A stretch of 5,427 nucleotides of DNA. It comes from a virus. Taxonomy: Duplodnaviria; Heunggongvirae; Uroviricota; Caudoviricetes. The notes beneath the pieces were generated by a model. It made no database searches and was not told where the DNA came from. It saw only the letters and a program-made list of their open reading frames with translations. The translations under genes and the position numbers were made by a program. The stretch lies in the IMG/VR virus record IMGVR_UViG_2534681662_000019; one strand, given 5' to 3'. This document shows positions 1 to 5,427 of this stretch, one piece after another (position 1 is the first letter of the stretch; each line of letters starts with the position of its first letter).

Positions 1-330
1 CCGGACTGTACCAGCGAAAACGGCACCCTGTCCGAACGCCGGCGGGCTGCCGCGAATAAAATGCGTATGACCGGCAATCTGAGTCGGCGCTTTTATGAAT
101 GGCTGGCTGCGCAGTACGGTTTTACCGTCAGGCTGACGGATTCCACAGAAGGCCAGTGGGTTACGCAGGTCAATATTTACGGTATTAAAAATTATCGCAA
201 CGCAACGGTGCTGGATAATGTTCTGACGCCGTTACGTGTTTATGAATCGGGTGCGCTGGAATGTTTACTGGAGAAATATAAACCCGCGCATCAGATTTAT
301 AAATTTGTTTACCATGACGGAGATAACTAA
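1..330 (+). CDS. 3'-terminal part of a phage tail/baseplate protein gene (Mu gene-48-like); 5' end lies upstream of the window
   Basis: Frame 1 is open from base 1 with no stop before the ATG at 61 listed in the ORF track, so the gene probably starts upstream. Its TAA stop (328-330) overlaps the S start codon as TAATG, a coupling typical of phage late operons. Product assignment is by position only. Confidence 0.55.
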   Translation, partial: PDCTSENGTLSERRRAAANKMRMTGNLSRRFYEWLAAQYGFTVRLTDSTEGQWVTQVNIYGIKNYRNATVLDNVLTPLRVYESGALECLLEKYKPAHQIYKFVYHDGDN

Positions 331-1865
331 TGTTTTATATTGATAACGACAGCGGCGTAACCGTCATGCCGCCCGTATCCGCCCAGCGTAGTGCTATCGT
401 TCGCTGGTTTTCAGAAGGTGACGGGAATAATGCTATCACATGGCCCGGCATGGACTGGTTTAATATTGTGCAGGCGGAGTTATTAAACACGCTGAAAGAA
501 GCCGGTATTCAACCGGATAAAACAAAATTAAACCAGCTTGCACTGTCCATTAAAGCCATTATGAGCAATAACGCGCTGCTGATAAAAAATAACCTCAGCG
601 AAATTAAAACTGCCGGGGCATCAGCACAGCGTACAGCACGTGAAAATCTGGATATCTGGGATGCCAGCCTGAACAAAAAAGGCCTCGTTCAGCTAACCAG
701 TGCCACTGACAGCCCCAGTGAAACGCTGGCAGCCACCGCAAAAGCGGTGAAAATTGCGATGGATAATGCCAATGCCCGTCTGGCAAAAGAGCGGAACGGA
801 GCAGATATTCCCAATAAACCGCTGTTTATCCAAAACCTCGGTTTGCAGGAAACAGTAAACAAGGCTGGTAACGCCGTTCAGCGTTCCGGCGATAAAATGA
901 CCGGAGAACTGAAAATTGGCACGGTGAATGCGCTGCGAATTTTCAATGATGCCTTCGGTCTTATTTTCCGTCGTTCAGAAGAGTACCTTCATTTCATCCC
1001 TACGGCTGAAGGACAAGGCGAAAACGGTGATATCGGCCCATTAAGGCCATTCGCTATAAATCTGAGAACAGGTGCTATATCTGTCAGCCACGGGGCCAAA
1101 ATTGATGGTGGGCTGGCGCTTGGTACAGATAACGCACTGGGCGGTAATTCCATTACTCTCGGAGATAACGACACTGGTATTAAACAGGGCGGCGACGGTG
1201 TCCTTTTATTCTATTCAAATGGACAACTGGCATTTGGGCTTCAACCCGCATCTGCTGATTTTTATAAGCGGGTTGCATATATTCATCAGGGAATAATTCC
1301 TGATGGAAGTGGCGCATTTGCAGACCAGTTGAATAATGCCACCGCGCCTTTTGTTCAGACGCAGTTTGCCTGGAATCCCACTCCTGGTGGTCATTACGTG
1401 CCGATAGTTAAGGGCTTGTCCATTCGCAATGGACAGGGCTATCCCGGCGCGGTCAGCTTTGGGTATTTACTGACAGAACAGTATGGATTTCCGGTTCCAT
1501 GTATTCATATGCGTGGCGATGGCGGTAATGATGCTTTATGGCAGTTTAACCCGAACGATAAATCCTTTATTTCACCGGGTGCTCTTATTGCGGGTGGCGT
1601 CCATTATAACACCGATGGAAATATATTTGGTGGGTGCTGGGGTTCAAACTTAAATGATTACCTGAATAGTTCTTTTATCAGAAATGTGCGTCTGGGAGGC
1701 AGACGTTCTGACGTATTATATCGCGGAGGACTTTGCGAACCAGGTAATGGTCATGTGACAACAGGATTGCAAATTATTGGTGAGGTTGATGGAGATGACT
1801 GGATGGTGTCACGACCACTACAAAAATACATTTCTGGTAACTGGTATAACGTTGAACAGGCATAG
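330..1865 (+). CDS. S: Tail fibre protein S: constant N-terminal part (Sc, about 330-838) fused in frame to the variable part Sv inside the invertible segment
   Basis: 511-aa ORF with ATG overlapping the upstream stop. It reads through gixL (826-851) as ...FIQNLGLQETVNKAGNAV... It shares a Gly-rich block (ALGGNSITLGDNDTGIKQGGDGVL) and a C-terminal block (GLQIIGEVDGDD...WYNVEQA) with the minus-strand S'v cassette. Followed 15 nt later by a tail-fibre assembly gene. Confidence 0.9.
   Translation: MFYIDNDSGVTVMPPVSAQRSAIVRWFSEGDGNNAITWPGMDWFNIVQAELLNTLKEAGIQPDKTKLNQLALSIKAIMSNNALLIKNNLSEIKTAGASAQRTARENLDIWDASLNKKGLVQLTSATDSPSETLAATAKAVKIAMDNANARLAKERNGADIPNKPLFIQNLGLQETVNKAGNAVQRSGDKMTGELKIGTVNALRIFNDAFGLIFRRSEEYLHFIPTAEGQGENGDIGPLRPFAINLRTGAISVSHGAKIDGGLALGTDNALGGNSITLGDNDTGIKQGGDGVLLFYSNGQLAFGLQPASADFYKRVAYIHQGIIPDGSGAFADQLNNATAPFVQTQFAWNPTPGGHYVPIVKGLSIRNGQGYPGAVSFGYLLTEQYGFPVPCIHMRGDGGNDALWQFNPNDKSFISPGALIAGGVHYNTDGNIFGGCWGSNLNDYLNSSFIRNVRLGGRRSDVLYRGGLCEPGNGHVTTGLQIIGEVDGDDWMVSRPLQKYISGNWYNVEQA
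826..851. other. gixL: gixL recombination site for Gin invertase (TTATCCAAAACC-TC-GGTTTGCAGGAA)
   Basis: 26-bp site with two 12-bp half-sites around a central TC dinucleotide (838-839). It matches the gix/hix half-site pattern as I recall it and is present in inverted orientation at 3837-3862. It lies inside the S coding sequence, as expected for the Sc/Sv junction. Confidence 0.85.
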
Positions 1866-1880
1866 CCATCAGGAGAATAT

Positions 1881-2408
1881 ATGCAACATCTGAAAAATAT
1901 TACCGCCGGAAACCCCAAAACCATTGAGCAGTATCAGCTTACGAAAAAAGCTGGCGTTATCTGGCTATATACAGAAGACGGTAAAAACTGGTATGACGAA
2001 TTAAAAAACTTTCAGGATGATACTTTAAAAATAGCTTATGACCAGAAGGGGATTATTCGTTGTATTGAGAAAGACGTATCAATGCTTAACCCTGACGGGT
2101 TAAGTGTTGTTGAGTTACCGAATATAACAGCCAACCGTCGCGCCGATATCTCGGGAAACTGGAAGTTTCTGGATGGTAAAGTAGTAAAGCGGGAATATAC
2201 AAAACAGGAACTGCAACAGCAGGCAGAGTTACAAAAAGCCGCTTTGCTTTCCGAAGCGGAGTCTGTGATTCAACCGCTGGAACGTGCTGTCAGACTGAAT
2301 ATGGCAACTGATGAGGAACGCACACGACTGGAATCATGGGAACGCTACAGCGTTATGGTCAGCCGTGTGGATACTGCAAAGCCTGAATGGCCACAGAAAC
2401 CAGAATAA
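1881..2408 (+). CDS. U: Tail fibre assembly protein U (chaperone for S)
   Basis: 175-aa ORF with AGGAG (1871-1875) 5 nt upstream of the ATG. Clear paralogue of the minus-strand 177-aa ORF (both start MQHLKNI..GNPKT.EQYQLTK...[12 protein letters not shown] and share ITANRRAD). Position directly after the fibre gene. Confidence 0.9.
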   Translation: MQHLKNITAGNPKTIEQYQLTKKAGVIWLYTEDGKNWYDELKNFQDDTLKIAYDQKGIIRCIEKDVSMLNPDGLSVVELPNITANRRADISGNWKFLDGKVVKREYTKQELQQQAELQKAALLSEAESVIQPLERAVRLNMATDEERTRLESWERYSVMVSRVDTAKPEWPQKPE

Positions 2409-2417
2409 CAACAAATT

Positions 2418-2440
2418 AAGGCCCGTACGGGCCTTTTCTT
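2418..2440. terminator. Bidirectional rho-independent terminator between the convergent U and U' genes
   Basis: Hairpin aaGGCCC-gtac-GGGCCtt (2418-2435) followed by TTTTCTT on the + strand and preceded by an A/T-rich run (TTAATTTGTTGTT on the - strand). It sits in the 30-bp gap between the U stop (2406-2408) and the U' stop (2439-2441). Confidence 0.6.
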
Positions 2441-2972
2441 ATTCTGGTGGTTCCGGGAATGTTACAGGAAGAACCGAGGTATCAGTTGTCTCAACCTGTT
2501 GCACGTATCGCATCCAGTTCATCAGTTGCTGTCTGTCTGAATCAGTGATAATCCCCAAAGTAAGCTGTGTTTGCCAGAACTGCGTTTTTTCTCTGGCCTG
2601 CTGTAATAATATTTTTTTCTGGTTTTCCGTCTGTAGGCGCAACTCTTCTTCGGTATATACACGTTTAATGACTGCGCCATCTTTAAACATCCATTTACCT
2701 GAGTCGTCAGCACGCCGGTTGGCGGTAATATCAGGAATCTCAACGACGCTATAACCTTCAGGGTTAAGTGTGGAGGCATCTTTGGTTATGGCAACAATAA
2801 TATTATTTTCGTCGTAAACAATCTTTATGGTGTCTTCCTGAAAGTTATTTACTTCCTCATACCAGTTTTTACCGTCTTCTGTATATAACCAGATAACATC
2901 AAAATTCTTTGTTAGCTGATATTGCTCTTTTGTTTTTGGATTTCCTGACTTAATATTTTTTAAATGCTGCAT
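2439..2972 (-). CDS. U': Tail fibre assembly protein U' (chaperone for the alternative fibre S')
   Basis: 177-aa ORF on the minus strand, paralogous to U. Its ATG (2970-2972) lies 1 nt after the S'v stop codon (TAA, complement of 2976-2978), with AGGTG just upstream on the minus strand. Confidence 0.9.
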   Translation of the reverse strand: MQHLKNIKSGNPKTKEQYQLTKNFDVIWLYTEDGKNWYEEVNNFQEDTIKIVYDENNIIVAITKDASTLNPEGYSVVEIPDITANRRADDSGKWMFKDGAVIKRVYTEEELRLQTENQKKILLQQAREKTQFWQTQLTLGIITDSDRQQLMNWMRYVQQVETTDTSVLPVTFPEPPE

Positions 2973-2975
2973 AAT

Positions 2976-3848
2976 TTACACCTGTGCGACGTTATACCAT
3001 GTGCCATTGATGTATTTTTGTATTGGTCTGAAGATGGCTTCATCATCGCCATCTACTTCACCAATGATTCTTAATCCGGTAATTGCGTGTCCGGCTTTTT
3101 CATAACGACCACCACGCGCCATCAATTGAACAACACGCGTACCCAGGCGAACATCTTTCACATAGCGGGAATCAAAATTCCCCCAGTTGCTGGGTTGTAT
3201 CTGACCGTTAACAGCAAATATTACTGAGTTATCTGTATTTCGCTGACTATAGAAATGCCAGCCAGAATCATCGCCAAGCTCTGCAACAGTTGGCCTTGAC
3301 GAAGCGCCCCATAAATTAAACCCTACGTTCTTCGTGGAGTTGTTGGAGCTGGATAGCGTGAATTTTTTACCATCCCCGGCCTGAATATTTTTAAAAGCAA
3401 TAGCCACTCCATTCTGAAAGCGGAATACACGCTGACTATTAGCATAAACATCCAGAATACCGTCTCCATTCTGTTTAAATCCGGTGTCATTATCACCAAG
3501 AACAATAGAGCTACCACCTAACGCATTCGTCGTACCAACTCCAAGACTGCCATTAATGACGGCATTTACCAGAATATTTAGTGCATCCCATTTCAGCGTC
3601 ATCAGGTCTTTTGTTGTGGTGCTCTGGCGGCTTCTCCATTTGAAATATTCATTGCCGTTGTCGCCTGTTTCAAACCACATGTATGAATCAGTGTCACCAT
3701 CGGCATCATTTTTAAATCCAATCTTCGCCCAGTCAGTATTTCGAATCCAGGCAAGGATTGAGTCATTTTCAAAAGTAAGCCCACCGGACAAGGTATCGCC
3801 ATTTTTTTGCACGGCGTTACCAGCCTTGTTTACCGTTTCCTGCAAACC
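2976..3848 (-). CDS. S': S'v: promoterless, startless variable C-terminal cassette of the alternative tail fibre, expressed only after G inversion as an Sc-S'v fusion
   Basis: Minus-strand open frame homologous to Sv at both ends (QETVNKAGNAVQ... and ...GLRIIGEVDGDD...WYNVAQV). It has no ATG or RBS of its own; the ORF track's M at 3845 is a TTG that is the Leu codon of the shared ...NLGLQETV... junction. The frame is closed one codon outside the crossover by a TAA (complement of 3855-3857) within gixR. Confidence 0.85.
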   Translation of the reverse strand, partial: GLQETVNKAGNAVQKNGDTLSGGLTFENDSILAWIRNTDWAKIGFKNDADGDTDSYMWFETGDNGNEYFKWRSRQSTTTKDLMTLKWDALNILVNAVINGSLGVGTTNALGGSSIVLGDNDTGFKQNGDGILDVYANSQRVFRFQNGVAIAFKNIQAGDGKKFTLSSSNNSTKNVGFNLWGASSRPTVAELGDDSGWHFYSQRNTDNSVIFAVNGQIQPSNWGNFDSRYVKDVRLGTRVVQLMARGGRYEKAGHAITGLRIIGEVDGDDEAIFRPIQKYINGTWYNVAQV

Positions 3849-3870
3849 GAGGTTTTAGATAATGGCTGTT
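3835..3870 (+). promoter_or_regulatory. Candidate gin promoter overlapping gixR (-10-like GATAAT at 3858-3863)
   Basis: GATAAT hexamer inside the outer gixR half-site, about 55 nt upstream of the gin start; the -35 is weak. In the Gin/Hin/Cin family the invertase promoter is reported to overlap the adjacent recombination site. The exact hexamers here are my inference. Confidence 0.3.
3837..3862. other. gixR: gixR recombination site (TTCCTGCAAACC-GA-GGTTTTAGATAA), inverted relative to gixL
   Basis: Its reverse complement is TTATCTAAAACC-TC-GGTTTGCAGGAA, identical to gixL except for one base (C in gixL, T in gixR). Central dinucleotide at 3849-3850. Located between the S'v cassette and gin. 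Confidence 0.85.
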
Positions 3871-3916
3871 TCCGGCCTGCATGGCATGATTTGCGCTTTT
3901 AAACGGGAGATCCAGA

Positions 3917-4510
3917 GTGCTGATTGGCTATGTAAGGGTATCAACAAATGACCAGAATACAGACCTGCAACGAAACGCTCTTGTTTGTGCAGGATGTGAA
4001 CAAATATTTGAAGATAAATTAAGCGGAACAAGGACAGACAGACCTGGATTAAAGCGCGCTTTAAAGCGTCTTCAAAAAGGTGACACACTGGTTGTCTGGA
4101 AACTGGATCGCCTCGGGCGAAGCATGAAACATCTGATTTCTCTCGTCGGAGAACTACGGGAGCGAGGGATTAATTTTCGCAGCCTTACTGACAGTATTGA
4201 TACGTCATCCCCAATGGGGCGTTTTTTCTTCCACGTTATGGGTGCCCTAGCTGAAATGGAACGAGAACTAATCATCGAGCGAACGATGGCAGGACTTGCT
4301 GCCGCCAGAAATAAAGGCCGTATTGGTGGGCGACCACCTAAACTAACCAAAGCGGAATGGGAGCAGGCCGGGCGTTTATTAGCACAAGGAATCCCCCGCA
4401 AGCAGGTTGCATTGATCTACGATGTGGCCCTGTCAACTCTGTATAAAAAACACCCCGCGAAACGAACGCACATAGAAAACGACGATCGAATCAATCAAAT
4501 CGATCGGTAA
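3917..4510 (+). CDS. gin: Site-specific DNA invertase Gin (serine recombinase, resolvase/invertase family)
   Basis: ORF starting at GTG 3917 with GGGAG (3905-3909) upstream. N-terminus MLIGYVRVSTNDQ has the catalytic Ser at position 9. The catalytic domain and C-terminal helix-turn-helix (GGRPPKLTKAEWEQA...) are characteristic of Gin/Pin/Hin/Cin. Located directly beside gixR. Confidence 0.95.
   Translation: MLIGYVRVSTNDQNTDLQRNALVCAGCEQIFEDKLSGTRTDRPGLKRALKRLQKGDTLVVWKLDRLGRSMKHLISLVGELRERGINFRSLTDSIDTSSPMGRFFFHVMGALAEMERELIIERTMAGLAAARNKGRIGGRPPKLTKAEWEQAGRLLAQGIPRKQVALIYDVALSTLYKKHPAKRTHIENDDRINQIDR
3960..4075. promoter_or_regulatory. Candidate Fis-dependent recombinational enhancer (sis) within the 5' part of gin
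   Basis: In Mu the enhancer lies inside the start of the gin coding sequence. Here there are Fis-like 15-mers of the G-N13-C type with A/T-rich cores, for example GAAGATAAATTAAGC (4010-4024) and GCGCTTTAAAGCGTC (4056-4070), plus a weaker one at 3962-3976 whose centre is 48 bp from the first. The Fis motif is degenerate, so this placement is tentative. Confidence 0.25.
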
Positions 4511-4518
4511 TACAGATC
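4484..4518. promoter_or_regulatory. Cluster of three GATC (Dam) sites upstream of the mom promoter: the methylation-sensitive OxyR (MomR) operator
   Basis: GATC at 4484-4487, 4502-4505 and 4515-4518, each within a GATCGA/CGATCG context, just upstream of the -35 region. In Mu, OxyR binds this region when it is unmethylated and represses mom. The sites lie inside the last codons of gin. Confidence 0.65.
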
Positions 4519-4520
4519 GA

Positions 4521-4572
4521 TTATGTCTCAATAACCACACTCAACCCATGATGTTTTTTAAGATAGTGGCGA
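4521..4572 (+). promoter_or_regulatory. mom operon promoter (Pmom): C-activator dyad, weak -35, 19-bp spacer with T6 run, -10 TAAGAT
   Basis: TTAT-N6-ATAA dyad (4521-4534); -35-like ACCACA (4534-4539); 19-bp spacer; TTTTTT (4554-4559) abutting the -10 TAAGAT (4559-4564). This is about 30 nt upstream of the com RBS and matches what I recall of the activator-dependent Mu mom promoter. Confidence 0.55.
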
Positions 4573-4592
4573 ATTGATGCAAAGGAGGTGAG

Positions 4593-4781
4593 ATGAAATC
4601 AATTCGCTGTAAAAACTGCAACAAACTGTTATTTAAGGCGGATTCCTTTGATCACATTGAAATCAGGTGTCCGCGTTGCAAACGTCACATCATAATGCTG
4701 AATGCCTGCGAGCATCCCACGGAGAAACATTGTGGGAAAAGAGAAAAAATCACGCATTCTGACGAAACCGTGCGTTATTGA
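4593..4781 (+). CDS. com: Com, zinc-finger translational activator of mom
   Basis: 62-aa ORF with strong RBS AGGAGG (4583-4588). Cys-X2-Cys...Cys-X2-Cys motif (C6, C9, C26, C29). Its 3' end overlaps the mom start by about 50 nt, as in the Mu com-mom operon. Confidence 0.9.
   Translation: MKSIRCKNCNKLLFKADSFDHIEIRCPRCKRHIIMLNACEHPTEKHCGKREKITHSDETVRY
4715..4737 (+). promoter_or_regulatory. mRNA hairpin (translation-inhibition structure) sequestering the mom start codon
   Basis: UCCCAC (4715-4720) pairs with GUGGGA (4732-4737). The 11-nt loop GGAGAAACAUU contains the mom Shine-Dalgarno GGAG, and the GUG start (4732-4734) is inside the 3' arm of the stem. Consistent with Com-dependent translational activation. 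Confidence 0.55.
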
Positions 4782-5427
4782 GTATGAAGGCCAGATTGTT
4801 GGCTATGGTTCAAAGGAGCTGCGCGTTGAAACCATATCCTGCTGGCTGGCCCGCACAATTATTCAGGCAAAGCACTATTCCCGCCGTTTTGTGAATAACT
4901 CTTACCTCCACCTGGGAGTATTCAGCGGACGCGATCTGGTTGGCGTTCTCCAGTGGGGATATGCCCTTAACCCCAACTCAGGTCGTCGTGTCGTGCTTGA
5001 AACGGATAACCGGGGCTATATGGAGTTGAACCGCATGTGGCTACACGACGACATGCCCCGCAACTCTGAATCACGGGCCATCAGTTATGCACTGAAAACC
5101 ATAAGGTTACTGTATCCGTCAGTGGAGTGGGTTCAGTCTTTTGCAGACGAACGCTGCGGACGTGCTGGCGTTGTGTATCAGGCGTCAAATTTTGATTTTA
5201 TTGGCAGCCATGAAAGCACGTTCTACGAGCTGGATGGTGAGTGGTATCACGAGATAACGATGAACGCGATTAAACGCGGTGGACAACGAGGCGTGTATTT
5301 ACGGGCTAATAAAGAGCGTGCCGTGGTGCACAAATTTAATCAGTATCGCTACATCAGGTTCCTGAACAAGCGAGCAAGGAAGCGACTAAATACCAAGCTA
5401 TTCAAGGTTCAGCCATACCCTAAGTGA
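4732..5427 (+). CDS. mom: Mom, DNA adenine-modification protein (anti-restriction)
   Basis: Long ORF ending at the window edge. GTG 4732 has GGAG 7 nt upstream and gives 231 aa, the length I recall for Mu Mom. The in-frame ATG at 4702 (241 aa) used by the ORF track has no RBS. Overlaps com in a different frame. Confidence 0.85.
   Translation: MGKEKKSRILTKPCVIEYEGQIVGYGSKELRVETISCWLARTIIQAKHYSRRFVNNSYLHLGVFSGRDLVGVLQWGYALNPNSGRRVVLETDNRGYMELNRMWLHDDMPRNSESRAISYALKTIRLLYPSVEWVQSFADERCGRAGVVYQASNFDFIGSHESTFYELDGEWYHEITMNAIKRGGQRGVYLRANKERAVVHKFNQYRYIRFLNKRARKRLNTKLFKVQPYPK

Larger units (their letters stand above)
826..3862. mobile_element. Invertible G segment (about 3 kb) carrying the Sv-U and U'-S'v host-range modules, bounded by gixL and gixR
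   Basis: Inverted repeats of about 49 bp with 2 mismatches (832-880 versus complement of 3811-3859) flank two convergent fibre-plus-chaperone modules, with a serine invertase gene immediately outside. Size and architecture match the Mu G segment. The present orientation gives an intact S ORF. Confidence 0.9.

Noticed and set aside
61-330. ATG at 61 as the true start of an 89-aa protein
   Set aside because: The frame is open back to base 1 and no convincing RBS precedes 61. More likely an internal Met of a longer gene truncated by the window edge.
604-786. 60-aa minus-strand ORF inside S
   Set aside because: Lies wholly antisense to the well-supported S coding sequence, with no RBS. Typical spurious frame.
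989-1296. 61-aa minus-strand ORF (989-1174) and 74-aa plus-strand alternative-frame ORF (1072-1296) inside S
   Set aside because: Both are embedded in the S gene in other frames, with no start signals and low-complexity translations. Chance ORFs.
2311-2779. 147-aa plus-strand ORF (2311-2754) and 85-aa minus-strand ORF (2522-2779) overlapping U and U'
   Set aside because: The first runs from the 3' end of U across the terminator and antisense into U'; the second is an alternative frame within U'. The U and U' frames are supported by paralogy and RBSs; these are not.
2976-3845. S'v as an independently translated 289-aa protein starting at the 'M' shown in the ORF track
   Set aside because: That start is a TTG corresponding to an internal Leu codon of the shared junction peptide, with no RBS. 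The cassette is designed to be expressed as an Sc fusion after inversion.
3323-3858. ORFs of 64 aa (-), 124 aa (+) and 66 aa (-) within the S'v region
   Set aside because: Alternative-frame or antisense to the S'v cassette, whose frame is supported by homology to Sv at both ends.
3855-4088. 77-aa minus-strand ORF overlapping the gixR-gin junction, and 109-aa minus-strand ORF (4072-4401) inside gin
   Set aside because: Antisense to the well-supported gin gene; no independent signals.
4593-4781. Com as a small toxin or antitoxin, or a novel defence-associated zinc-finger protein
   Set aside because: Its gene context (overlapping mom, downstream of a Dam-site-rich promoter) and Cys4 pattern fit the known Mu translational activator.
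4702-5427. ATG at 4702 as the mom start (241 aa)
   Set aside because: No Shine-Dalgarno upstream, whereas GTG 4732 has GGAG at the correct spacing and gives the 231-aa length I recall for Mom. The longer ORF is kept as an alternative.
1-5427. CRISPR arrays, tRNA/rRNA genes, IS elements or integron features
   Set aside because: No direct-repeat and spacer periodicity, no tRNA-like cloverleaf candidates and no transposase-like ORFs were seen. The only significant repeats are the gix-associated inverted repeats.

Overview
This window reads as the right-end late region of bacteriophage Mu or a very close Mu-like prophage, and I see no evidence of an undescribed system. In order it contains: the 3' end of a tail/baseplate gene; the invertible G segment (about 3 kb) carrying two alternative tail-fibre modules, S-U on the + strand and U'-S'v on the - strand, bounded by inverted gix sites; the serine invertase gene gin; and the com-mom operon with its Dam/OxyR-regulated promoter overlapping the end of gin. 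The segment is in the orientation where S is an intact 511-aa ORF and S'v is a silent, startless cassette. Every long ORF is accounted for by these modules. All identifications rest on reading the sequence and recalling the Mu/Gin/Hin/Pin literature; no database search was run. The most checkable points are the gix pair, whose single mismatch places a stop codon ahead of the silent cassette, the three GATC sites inside the gin 3' coding end, and the hairpin that sequesters the mom GUG start.
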